A DNA stretch of 64,000 nucleotides from Rhodanobacteraceae bacterium (GTDB lineage Bacteria > Pseudomonadota > Gammaproteobacteria > Xanthomonadales > Rhodanobacteraceae): NCBI GenBank assembly GCA_030123585.1, contig CP126120.1, positions 1,465,254 to 1,529,253 on the forward strand, written 5' to 3'. This document shows positions 55,618 through 64,000 of the stretch, piece by piece. How positions within the stretch are numbered: position 1 is the stretch's first letter; every line of letters starts with the position of its first letter. A program made the translations under genes and the position numbers. A model generated the notes under the pieces. That model had not been told where the DNA came from, searched no databases, and was given only the letters and a program-made list of their open reading frames with translations.

Positions 55618-55821
55618 TCAATCGACCTCGAAATTGATGCGCATGTTGACGCGCCATTCGCGGATCGCGCCGCTGCCGTCGGTAGCAACCTTGATGTCGT
55701 TGATCCACGCGCCCCTGATGTTCTTGACGGTCTTGCCTGCCTTTTCCAGACCGTGGCGCACGGCATCCTCGATGCCCTTGCTGGAGGATGCGCTCAACTC
55801 GATGACCTTGGTGACGGACAT
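55618..55821 (-). CDS. Dodecin family flavin-binding protein
   Basis: MSVTKVIELSASSSKGIEDAV... 67 aa. Confidence 0.8.
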   Translation of the reverse strand: MSVTKVIELSASSSKGIEDAVRHGLEKAGKTVKNIRGAWINDIKVATDGSGAIREWRVNMRINFEVD

Positions 55822-55968
55822 GCCGGCTCTCCTTCTTCTTCTGACACGTACACCAGACAATCAGGACGGATACGCGTTGTCAACCGTGACACAGTTCACG
55901 TTTTTGTCAAGACCCATTGCGGCCCGCGGGGCGCCGAGCCAGCCCGGTCCCGTTTGGAACCGATCCGT

Positions 55969-56769
55969 TCAGAATCGTCGGCGCAGCTCCGCATGCAGGG
56001 CCGGTGTCGCGGCCAGTACGCTGGTGGTGGCAAGCGTCAATGCCCCGCCTTCCAGGTTGGTGAAGATCCCGCCCGCCTCGCGCACGATCACCGCCAGCGC
56101 GGCGATGTCGAGGATATTCACGTCGGACTCGATCACCGCATCCAGCGAGCCACGCGCCAGAAGATGGTAGTGGCAGAAGTCCCCGTAACCGCGCACGCGG
56201 TTGACCTCGCCGGTCAGCTTGCCGAGCGCGGCCCAGCGTTGCGCATCCTTCGCCAGCGTCTTGATGTTGCCGAGCGACACCGCGGCGTCGCCCAGGGTTT
56301 GCGTGGTGGCCACCCGCACGCGTTGGCCGTCCAAGAACGCGCCGCCGCCACGCCGCGCCCACATGGTTTCGCCATAGACGGACGCGTGCGACACGCCCAG
56401 CACCAGTTCGCCTGCGTGCATCAACGCGATCTGCGTAGAAAAGAACGGCGTCCCGCGCACGAAACTCTTGGTACCGTCCAGCGGGTCGACCAGCCACAGG
56501 AACTCGCCCGCGCCCGTGCGGCCCCGCTCCTCGCCGTAAATCGCGTGCCCGGGGAAGGCCTGCAGCAATGTCTCCCGGATGATGTCCTCGGCTTCGCGGT
56601 CGGCAATCGTGACTGGTGTCGCATCGGGTTTCACCTCGACTGCCACGCCTCGCCGGAAGTGCTGGTCGATGCGCTCACCGGCCGCGCGCGCGGCTTGCAG
56701 CGCCACGTCAAGGGCGTGATCGAGGAAGGCCTCGTCAATCGCTGGACTCATCATCTCTTCCGCCGCCAC
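55969..56769 (-). CDS. Inositol monophosphatase family protein
   Basis: WLVDPLDGTKSFVRG motif. Start is uncertain. Confidence 0.85.
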   Translation of the reverse strand: MAAEEMMSPAIDEAFLDHALDVALQAARAAGERIDQHFRRGVAVEVKPDATPVTIADREAEDIIRETLLQAFPGHAIYGEERGRTGAGEFLWLVDPLDGTKSFVRGTPFFSTQIALMHAGELVLGVSHASVYGETMWARRGGGAFLDGQRVRVATTQTLGDAAVSLGNIKTLAKDAQRWAALGKLTGEVNRVRGYGDFCHYHLLARGSLDAVIESDVNILDIAALAVIVREAGGIFTNLEGGALTLATTSVLAATPALHAELRRRF

Positions 56770-56813
56770 GCAACCTGCTTGAGCACGCCTGGTGCCGCGG
56801 CGATCATAGCAAG

Positions 56814-58178
56814 ATGAACGATCGTCCTTCGCTCAATGCCGTGCTGGCGGCGCGCGACCTCGCGCACGTCTGGCACCCCTGCACCCAGATGCGCGAACAC
56901 GACGGCGCGTTGCCGCTGATCCCGATCGTGCGTGGCGAGGGCGCCTTCCTGGTCGATGCCGACGGCAGGCGCTACCTCGACGGCATCAGTTCGTGGTGGA
57001 GCAACCTGTTCGGCCACGCCAACCCGCGCATCGCCGCCGCGATCGCCGAACAGGCCGCGAAGCTCAATCACGTGATGCTGGCCGGTTTCACCCACGAGCC
57101 GGCGCTGCAACTGGCCGAGGAATTGGTACGCATCGCACCGCCCGGCCTTGCGCGCGTGGCGTACGCGAGCGATGGCGCCAGCGCAGTCGAGATCGCGTTG
57201 AAGATGAGTTTCCACTACTGGCGCAACGCCGGCCATCCGGAACGCACGCGTTTCATCGCGTTGGCGAACGCGTATCACGGCGAAACCCTGGGCGCGCTCA
57301 GCGTCAGCGACCTGCCGCTGTACCGCGCGGTCTATGGACCGCTGCTGTTCGATCCCATCGTCGCGCCGTCGCCGGACTGGCTGGATGCCGAACCCGGGGA
57401 ATCGGCCGACGACGTCGCGCTGCGGCGCCTCGCCGACCTGCGCGCGCTGCTGGAACGCCATGCGCAAGAAACCTGCGCGGTGATCATCGAGCCGCTGGTG
57501 CAGTGCTCGGGCGGGATGCGCATGCACTCACCCGTCTACCTCGCCGGGCTGCGCAAGCTCTGCGATGAATTCGAGGTACACCTGATCGCCGACGAGATCG
57601 CGGTGGGATTCGGCCGCACCGGCACGCTGTTCGCCTGTGAGCAGGCGTCGATCACACCCGATTTCCTGTGCCTGTCCAAGGGCCTGACCGGCGGCGCGCT
57701 GCCGCTCTCGGCCGTGCTGACCACCGACAACGTGTACCAGGCGTTCCTCGGCGACTACGCCACCAACAACGCCTTCCTGCACTCGCATACGTTCAGCGGC
57801 AATCCCATCGCCTGCGCGGCGGCGCTGGCATCGCTGGCGATCTTGCGCGACGAGCCGGTGCTGGAACGCATCGGCAAACTGTCGGCACACCTCACCGAAC
57901 GCATCGCACCGTTGCGCGATCATCCGCACGTGTCTGGCATCCGCCAGACCGGCTTGATCGCCGCATTCGACCTCGTCGCCGACAAGCCGTCGCGCACCCC
58001 GTACCCGGGCGCCGAACGGCGCGGACGCCGCTTCTACCGGCACGCGCTGGAGCATGGTGTGTTGCTGCGGCCCCTCGGCGACACGGTGTACTTCCTGCCG
58101 CCGTACTGCATCGACGACATCGACATCGACCGGATGGTCGATGTCGCGATTGACAGCGTTGCCGCCGCGATGACCTGA
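56814..58178 (+). CDS. bioA: Adenosylmethionine-8-amino-7-oxononanoate aminotransferase
   Basis: HVWHPCTQM, SSWWSNLFGH, DEIAVGFGRTG. Start at ATG 56814. Confidence 0.88.
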   Translation: MNDRPSLNAVLAARDLAHVWHPCTQMREHDGALPLIPIVRGEGAFLVDADGRRYLDGISSWWSNLFGHANPRIAAAIAEQAAKLNHVMLAGFTHEPALQLAEELVRIAPPGLARVAYASDGASAVEIALKMSFHYWRNAGHPERTRFIALANAYHGETLGALSVSDLPLYRAVYGPLLFDPIVAPSPDWLDAEPGESADDVALRRLADLRALLERHAQETCAVIIEPLVQCSGGMRMHSPVYLAGLRKLCDEFEVHLIADEIAVGFGRTGTLFACEQASITPDFLCLSKGLTGGALPLSAVLTTDNVYQAFLGDYATNNAFLHSHTFSGNPIACAAALASLAILRDEPVLERIGKLSAHLTERIAPLRDHPHVSGIRQTGLIAAFDLVADKPSRTPYPGAERRGRRFYRHALEHGVLLRPLGDTVYFLPPYCIDDIDIDRMVDVAIDSVAAAMT

Positions 58179-58329
58179 CGCCTCACACGAAGCGGCTGTT
58201 GTGACAAGTCAGGTCACGGAGCTCTTCGCCAAGGATGGCAGCTTTTCGGCCGTTCTGGTGTCACCAGACACGAATCCGCCCCCCTAACGACGGCCTTGAA
58301 CGAGGCCGCGATCAGGGACGACCGCAATA

Positions 58330-58683
58330 CTAATGTCCGCCGCTCACGCGTACCGAGGGATCGAGCATCTGCAGCGCGCGACCCACGTCGGTCGCGCCGG
58401 TGCGCTGGAGATCCTGCTGGCTGTAGCTGTTGCCGGCCACCGGCAGGCATTGGCCCTTGGGCGGCGGGATGTGGCTGCCGGTGTCGCGGATGCACATGCG
58501 CGAGTTCACCGGCGGGACGGCGCGCTGTTTGGCCGTTTGCGCCTGCGCGGCAGGTTGCGCCTGCGGAGTGGCGGCTTGATTGGCAGCCTGGGTGCCCGTG
58601 TCCTGTTGCGCGAAGGCGGCCGCCGAGATCGCGCACGCTCCAAGAAGGGTTGCCAGCGCTGAAACGAGGATTCGCTTGTTCAT
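58330..58683 (-). CDS. Small secreted/lipoprotein-like hypothetical protein (117 aa)
   Basis: MNKRILVSALATLLGACAIS signal/lipobox-like N-terminus, a Q/A-rich linker, and a C-terminal SYSQQDLQRTGATDVGRALQMLDPSV. This is only the last 117 aa of the 672-aa track ORF. Confidence 0.55.
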   Translation of the reverse strand: MNKRILVSALATLLGACAISAAAFAQQDTGTQAANQAATPQAQPAAQAQTAKQRAVPPVNSRMCIRDTGSHIPPPKGQCLPVAGNSYSQQDLQRTGATDVGRALQMLDPSVRVSGGH

Positions 58684-58812
58684 GGACTTGCCTCCGGATC
58701 GGATGCCGACATTGTCCGCCTCGGGACGGCCGTCGGCAGCATACGCCGTCTCGGGCAACAGGTTTCGTTCATACTTTGGACTCCGCCCCGGCGCCGATGG
58801 TTCCGCGATCGC

Positions 58813-59550
58813 ATGCGCATTCCCCGCCTCCACGTCGATGCTCCGCTTGGTCCGGATGCATGCATCGGTCTGCCCGCCCACACCGCGGCGCATGCCGTGC
58901 GCGTCCTGCGCCTGCGGCCGGGCGACGCCGTGGTTCTTTTCAACGGCGACGGCAATGAATATCCCGCGCGGCTGATCGCGGCGAGCGCGCGCGAAGCCAC
59001 GGCACACATCGAGACCCGCGTGGCCGCGGCCACGGAGTCGCCCCTGCGCATCACGCTGGCGCAGGCGCTCGCGCGCGGCGAAAAGATGGACTGGATCGTG
59101 CAGAAGGCGGTCGAGCTTGGCATCGCCGCGGTCGTCCCGCTCGTGACCGAACGCAGCGAGGTGAAGCTGGACGGCCAGCGCACCGCGAAACGTATCGAGC
59201 ACTGGCGCGCGGTCGCGATCGCCGCGTGCGAACAATCCGGGCGCGCCGTCGTCCCCGTAATCGAGGCGCCGCGGGCGCTGGATCGCTGGCTGGCGACCCT
59301 GGAGCACGCGGACAACAGCGCGCGCCTGGTGCTGCACCCCGGCGACGGCCTCCGTCCGCGCGCACTGCAACCCGCGCCGCGCGCGGTGACGTTGGCGGTC
59401 GGCCCGGAAGGCGGCTTCGGCGAACGCGATCTCGCCGTGTTGCGCGAAGCCGGTTTCGTCAACCTCTCGCTCGGCCCGCGCATCCTGCGCACCGAAACCG
59501 CCGGCCTTGCCGCGATCGCCGCGCTGCAGGCGATCCACGGCGACCTGTGA
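58813..59550 (+). CDS. rsmE: 16S rRNA (uracil1498-N3)-methyltransferase
   Basis: MRIPRLH..., KMDWIVQKAVELG, GPEGGF..E, LGPRILRTETA. Confidence 0.9.
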   Translation: MRIPRLHVDAPLGPDACIGLPAHTAAHAVRVLRLRPGDAVVLFNGDGNEYPARLIAASAREATAHIETRVAAATESPLRITLAQALARGEKMDWIVQKAVELGIAAVVPLVTERSEVKLDGQRTAKRIEHWRAVAIAACEQSGRAVVPVIEAPRALDRWLATLEHADNSARLVLHPGDGLRPRALQPAPRAVTLAVGPEGGFGERDLAVLREAGFVNLSLGPRILRTETAGLAAIAALQAIHGDL

Positions 59551-59552
59551 GT

Positions 59553-60446
59553 TCAATTGCGCGGTGCGCGCAGGCGCAGCCCGGCCAGGTCGGGCGCCAC
59601 CAGTGGATGCGACGGACTGCCATGCACCTCGCCGAAACGCGTGCCCTCGTTCCAGTCGCGCACGGCTGCGGCCATTTCTTCCGGCGTGCGCGCGACGAAA
59701 TTCCACCACAGCAGGATGTCCTCGCCGAACGGCTTGCCGCCCATCAGCACGCAACGCGCGGACGCTTCGCTGCGCAGCACGATCCGATCGCGCCCGGGTT
59801 CGAGACAGGCCAAGGCGTCCGGCGTGACGGGTTCGCCGTCCAGCACAGCCGTGCCTTCCAGCATCAGCAGGGCATGTTCGAAGGCGGGATCGATCGGAAC
59901 CGTGATTTCGCCGGCCGCCCGCATCGCGACATCCACGCCGAGCATCGGCGAGAACACCTCGACCGGCGAGGTTGCGCCGAACAGCGAGCCTGCCAGCAGG
60001 GTGAACCGGCAACCGCCGCGTTCGATCACCGGCAACACCGGATAGTTGCGGAACGCGGGCGGACCGTGGCGGTGCGCTTCGTCCAGCGCAATCCAAAGTT
60101 GCACCGCATGGGCGTGTCCGTCTCGATCGGGCGGCGAATCCTCGGCGTGCGCAATGCCGTGCCCGGCTGTCATCAGGTTGACCTGTCCGGGGCGGATGGT
60201 CTGCTCGTTGCCGAGGCTGTCGCGATGCACGACCTCGCCTTCGATCATCCAGGTGAAGGTCTGCAGGCCGATGTGCGGATGCGGGCCGACGTTCAGTCCG
60301 CCGCCGACCTTGTAATCGACCGGCCCGAGATGATCGAGGAAACACCACGCACCGACCGTGCGCCGCTGCCGGCTCGGCAGCGCGCGCCGGACAAAGAGGC
60401 CGTCGCCCACTTCGGCGACGCGGGTCGCGATGTATTCAAGCGGCAA
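59553..60446 (-). CDS. Pirin family protein
   Basis: GPHPHIGLQTFTWMIEGEVVHRDSLG and MTAGHGIAHAE cupin motifs. Confidence 0.88.
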   Translation of the reverse strand: MPLEYIATRVAEVGDGLFVRRALPSRQRRTVGAWCFLDHLGPVDYKVGGGLNVGPHPHIGLQTFTWMIEGEVVHRDSLGNEQTIRPGQVNLMTAGHGIAHAEDSPPDRDGHAHAVQLWIALDEAHRHGPPAFRNYPVLPVIERGGCRFTLLAGSLFGATSPVEVFSPMLGVDVAMRAAGEITVPIDPAFEHALLMLEGTAVLDGEPVTPDALACLEPGRDRIVLRSEASARCVLMGGKPFGEDILLWWNFVARTPEEMAAAVRDWNEGTRFGEVHGSPSHPLVAPDLAGLRLRAPRN

Positions 60447-60915
60447 CGTTCAACGCCCCGATGATCAGGTTCTCGACGGCCGCGAGGTCGGGAATCCAGG
60501 CCGCCTCGTCGTGCACGCGCACCTGCTCGCGCACGCCGGTCGGCAGCGCGCCGGCATCGGGATCGACGGCCAGCAGGTCTTCGGAAACCAGCGTCAGGCG
60601 CGGGAAGCCCTGGGTCAGCACGCCGAAATACGGCAGGCGTGCGTGCCCGCTCAAGGCCTTCAGGATCGCCACGCGCGTGTTGTCGGTGGACTCGGCGTCC
60701 GCGACGCCGGCCAGCGCGGAGAACGCGAGCACCGGCAAGCCCCAGCCACGCCACGCGAGACGCCCCAGCAGCCAGGATGGCGCGCCCGCGACCGGCACGG
60801 GGTGCGCGTAGGTGATGACTTCGGCCATCGTGGTGTTGGGCACCAGCAGGCGCCCGCCCGTGACCGGCAGCATGACGCCGCGGATTTCGCGGGGCAGCGA
60901 TTCGACGGCGCTCAT
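60436..60915 (-). CDS. chpC: CheW-like coupling protein of the Pil-Chp cluster
   Basis: LLVPNTTMAEVI...PSWLLGRLAWRGWGLPVL is a CheW-domain pattern. ATGA overlap with the upstream gene. Confidence 0.7.
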   Translation of the reverse strand: MSAVESLPREIRGVMLPVTGGRLLVPNTTMAEVITYAHPVPVAGAPSWLLGRLAWRGWGLPVLAFSALAGVADAESTDNTRVAILKALSGHARLPYFGVLTQGFPRLTLVSEDLLAVDPDAGALPTGVREQVRVHDEAAWIPDLAAVENLIIGALNVAA

Positions 60916-62054
60916 GCCTTGCCCCCGTTGGCCTGAGCGGCGCCGTCGGTCTCGACCGGCTTCACGGGCTCGCTGCCATGCAGCCAGCGTTCGATGGGGT
61001 CGGCGTTGATCCTGAGCGGAACGACGGTTTCCATCGGCACCAGTTCCAGTCCGGCGAGGGTCTCCGCCCACGCCGTTTCGGGCGCCTTCTGTTCCTGTTT
61101 TTCGACAGCCGCCGCTGGCGTCTCGGGATCGACCAATTGCCAGTCATCCAGCGAAGGCAGGCTCGCCAGCACGTTGGCGTCATCGCGTGCCGCGGCGGCG
61201 GACGGAGCAAGCGCTTCCACGCCGGCCGACGTATCGACCCGCGATGGTTCCGCGGCGGCGGCGACGCGCCAGACTTCCGATGATTCGGATGACACCACCG
61301 GCTCGGCAAGCCTGGCATCGATCATCGCCGACAATGCTTCGGTGTCCACGTCGAGCGCGCCCTCGGGACTGAAATCGGCGTCCGGCTCCGCGGGCAAGCC
61401 ATGTGTTTCCGGCTCGGCATCCGCGATCTCGGACCGACCGGAGCCGGCCTTGCTGGCGGAGGCTGCTGCCTCATCAATCGCAAGGTCCATGGCCATCACG
61501 TCGGCCGGCGCGCCGTTCACGGCCGCCACGTTCTCCGCCGCCGCCGCGGGAGCGGGCTCCTGTTCGGCAACGAGGTCGACGGTCATGGTTTCGATCTCCT
61601 CGGGAGACAGCGGCAATGCAGTCAGCCCGGCATCGGCCGGAGCCGCCGCGGCACCGGCATCCTCCGCAGCGGCGGGCGCGGGCGATGCAATCGCGCCGGG
61701 ACGCGGCGGATCCACGTCGCGGCTGCCGCGCAGCTTGGCGACGAGGTGCCGCAGCCAGCGCGCACGCTCCCACCCATCCAACCCGCGCGAAATTTCGGGA
61801 TCGTTGTAGACCACCGTGACGCCGGCGGCGTGCAGGGGCGCCTCGATCGCATCCAGCCAGCCGCCGTCATCGAGGTTCACCAGCGCCGCGGTCGCCCGCG
61901 TGTCGCGCATGCGCCCGACGTCGAACTCGCCAGCGGTGGCCGCGTACACGACCTCGACTTGGCCATCCACGGCTTCGCGCACATGCGCGGCCGCGGCTTC
62001 CTGGCCGTACACCAGCGCGATGCGCGGCAATTCGTGGGCCGCGTGGTCAGGCAT
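60912..62054 (-). CDS. Hypothetical protein: ~110-aa N-terminal globular region plus ~260-aa acidic Ala/Pro/Glu/Asp-rich tail; translationally coupled within the Pil-Chp operon
   Basis: Overlaps the chpA stop by 8 nt and the CheW-like start by 4 nt. No family recognised from sequence alone. Confidence 0.55.
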   Translation of the reverse strand: MPDHAAHELPRIALVYGQEAAAAHVREAVDGQVEVVYAATAGEFDVGRMRDTRATAALVNLDDGGWLDAIEAPLHAAGVTVVYNDPEISRGLDGWERARWLRHLVAKLRGSRDVDPPRPGAIASPAPAAAEDAGAAAAPADAGLTALPLSPEEIETMTVDLVAEQEPAPAAAAENVAAVNGAPADVMAMDLAIDEAAASASKAGSGRSEIADAEPETHGLPAEPDADFSPEGALDVDTEALSAMIDARLAEPVVSSESSEVWRVAAAAEPSRVDTSAGVEALAPSAAAARDDANVLASLPSLDDWQLVDPETPAAAVEKQEQKAPETAWAETLAGLELVPMETVVPLRINADPIERWLHGSEPVKPVETDGAAQANGGKA

Positions 62055-64000
62055 GGCGCGCCTCCAGCATCTCCTTCACGTTGCGCAACAGGTCGGGTTC
62101 GCTGTACGGCTTGCCGAGATAGCGGTCGACGCCGATCTCGAACGCGCGCTCGCGGTGCTTCTCGCCAGTGCGCGAGGTGATCATGATGATCGGCACGTGG
62201 CGGAAGCGCGTGTCGTTCTTCATGTGCGTGGCCAACTCGAACCCGTCCATACGCGGCATCTCGATGTCGAGCAGCATGACGTCGGGGATGCGTTCCTGCA
62301 ACTTCTCCAGCGCGTCCACGCCGTCCTTCGCGGTGACGACTTCCAGTTGCTCGCGTTCGAGCACGCGTGTGGTGACCTTGCGCATCGTGATCGAATCGTC
62401 CACCACCATGACCAGGCGCGGACCGCCCTCCTCGGCGCGCGGCACTGCCGCCGCCGGACCGGCCGGCTCGATCACGGCCTGCCCTTCCATTGTCTCGACG
62501 CCCGCCGCGGCGGCCGCCTGCCTCGCGACCGCGTGGCGCACCAGCGGCGCGGGATCGAGGATCAGCATCACCGAGCCGTCGCCCATGATGGTGGCGCCGA
62601 ACATGCCGGGCACGTTGCTGATTTGCGGGCCGACCGGCTTGACCACGATCTCGCGCGAACCGATCACGCTGTCGATGTGGATCGCCGCGCGCAGGTCGCC
62701 CGCGCGCACCATCAGCAGCGGCAACTGGCCGGTGCTGTCCTCGATCGCGTGCGAAGACGGCAACCCGAGCAGCTCCGAAAGTTCGTGCAACTGGTATTCC
62801 TCGCCAGCGTAGCTGACGGCGCGGTCGCCGCCGGCCATGCGTGCGGCCATCTCGTCGCGCGGAATGCGCGACACCGCTTGCACCGAGGTCATCGGCACCG
62901 CGAACGTGGTGTCACCGGTGCGCACCGTGATCGCCTGGGTCACTGCCAGCGTGAACGGCAGGCGGATGTTGAAGGTGGTGCCGCGGCCGCGCTCGGATTC
63001 GATCGCAAGCGATCCGCCGAGCTGGCGGATCTCGTTGGCGACCACGTCCATGCCGACGCCACGGCCGGCGATCTGGCTCACTTCGCCGGCGGTGGAGAAA
63101 CCGGTCTGCAGCACGAAGTTGAACAGTTCGGAATCCGCGATCGGCACGTCGGGCTGCAGCAGGCCGCGTTCGATGGCCTTGGCGCGGATGGCGTCGCGGT
63201 CGAAACCGGCGCCGTCGTCAGACACCCGCACCAGCACTTCGGTGCCCCGGCGACCCACTTCGATGGTGACGGTGCCTTCCATCGGCTTGCCGCGCGCGAC
63301 ACGCTCGGCCGGATCCTCGATGCCGTGCGCCAGCGCGTTGCGCAGCATGTGTTCGAACGGCGCCTTCATGCGCTCCAGCACGTTGCGGTCCATTTCGCCC
63401 TGCGCGCCCTCGACGCGCAACTGGGCGCGCTTGCCGAGTTCATCGGCCGCGCCGCGCAGGGTGCGGCGCAGGTTCGGCACCATCGATTCGAACGGCACCA
63501 TGCGAGTCCGCATCAAGCCGTCCTGCAAATCCGAATTGACGCGCGACTGTTGCAGCAGCAGGGTTTCGGACTGGCGCGCCTGATCGTCCAGGATGTCCTG
63601 GATCGAGGCCAGGTCCGACACCGACTCGGCCAGGGCGCGCGAATACTGCTGCAGGTTGGAGAAGCGGTCGAGCTCCAGCGGATCGAACGCCGCGCCCTGG
63701 CCGGCTTCGTTCTCGCGCTGGTAGCGCGACAGGATCTGGGTTTCGGTTTCGATCTCGAGCTTGCGCAACTGCTCGCGCAGGCGTGCCACGGTCTGGTCGA
63801 GCTCGACCAGGTTGAAGCGGAAGTTGCCGACCTGCTGTTCCAGGCGCGCGCGGTAGATCGAGGCCTCGCCGGCCGCGTTGACCAGCGAGTCGAGCAGGTC
63901 CGAACGCACGCGGATCAGCTCCGCCTGCGCACGCGTTTCGGTGTCCTCGATCTGCGGCGCGAGCCGCGGCGCGGGCGCCGCCACCGGCGCGGGACGCGGC
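62047..64000 (-). CDS. chpA: ChpA/PilL-type CheA histidine kinase, C-terminal part (dimerisation, HATPase, CheW-like and receiver domains); continues beyond the right edge
   Basis: HMLRNALAHGIE (N box), GRGVGMDVV (G box), and a C-terminal receiver (VVDDS..., DVMLLDIEMPRMDG, KP). Confidence 0.88.
   Translation of the reverse strand, partial: PRPAPVAAPAPRLAPQIEDTETRAQAELIRVRSDLLDSLVNAAGEASIYRARLEQQVGNFRFNLVELDQTVARLREQLRKLEIETETQILSRYQRENEAGQGAAFDPLELDRFSNLQQYSRALAESVSDLASIQDILDDQARQSETLLLQQSRVNSDLQDGLMRTRMVPFESMVPNLRRTLRGAADELGKRAQLRVEGAQGEMDRNVLERMKAPFEHMLRNALAHGIEDPAERVARGKPMEGTVTIEVGRRGTEVLVRVSDDGAGFDRDAIRAKAIERGLLQPDVPIADSELFNFVLQTGFSTAGEVSQIAGRGVGMDVVANEIRQLGGSLAIESERGRGTTFNIRLPFTLAVTQAITVRTGDTTFAVPMTSVQAVSRIPRDEMAARMAGGDRAVSYAGEEYQLHELSELLGLPSSHAIEDSTGQLPLLMVRAGDLRAAIHIDSVIGSREIVVKPVGPQISNVPGMFGATIMGDGSVMLILDPAPLVRHAVARQAAAAAGVETMEGQAVIEPAGPAAAVPRAEEGGPRLVMVVDDSITMRKVTTRVLEREQLEVVTAKDGVDALEKLQERIPDVMLLDIEMPRMDGFELATHMKNDTRFRHVPIIMITSRTGEKHRERAFEIGVDRYLGKPYSEPDLLRNVKEMLEARHA

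Noticed and set aside
58330-60348. A 672-aa minus-strand ORF.
   Set aside because: It runs antisense or out of frame through rsmE and pirin. Only the terminal 117 aa, which have a signal peptide and their own ATG, look genuine.

Overview
This is a high-GC chromosomal segment. Hand counts of sampled 60-nt lines give about 67% G+C in core regions. Gene content and synteny look gammaproteobacterial, Xanthomonadales/Lysobacterales-like; the taxon is an inference. Left to right the window holds: (1) a minus-strand minor-pilin operon, fimU-like/pilV/pilW/pilX and the start of pilY1. (2) A minus-strand rmlB-(GIY-YIG)-rmlA-rmlC-rmlD dTDP-rhamnose operon whose intergenic spacers are filled with palindromic repeats. 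(3) Two tandem type IVa major pilin genes, each with a candidate sigma54 promoter. (4) A roughly 21-kb accessory island between pilA and pilBCD. It carries two paralogous GT-C/TPR membrane glycosyltransferases, a Wzx flippase, and a lower-GC cassette (ATP-grasp, HAD, methyltransferase, FdtA, FdtB, GT2). It also carries a minus-strand GT2/methyltransferase/GT4 operon, a GtrB/ArnC-like polyprenyl-phosphate glycosyltransferase, an ArnB-like gene remnant and six type II toxin-antitoxin loci. (5) pilB-pilC-pilD, then a phosphoethanolamine-transferase gene and coaE. (6) Housekeeping genes: Nudix-ThiE fusion, folA, thyA, a POT peptide transporter split by one in-frame TGA, mdtABC-like RND efflux, proC, yggT, pdxH, an orphan OmpR-type regulator, dodecin, an IMPase-family gene, bioA, rsmE and pirin. 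(7) The 3' end of a Pil-Chp chemosensory operon (chpA C-terminus, an acidic unknown protein, a CheW-like protein). No rRNA, tRNA, CRISPR array, transposase or integrase was recognised. The most interesting signals are the pilin-locus glycosylation island, and at least six REP/MITE-like repeat families, several of which sit inside coding regions without breaking the frame. Start codons are often uncertain because high GC gives long upstream extensions. Many long ORFs in the track are antisense or out-of-frame shadows and were not called.
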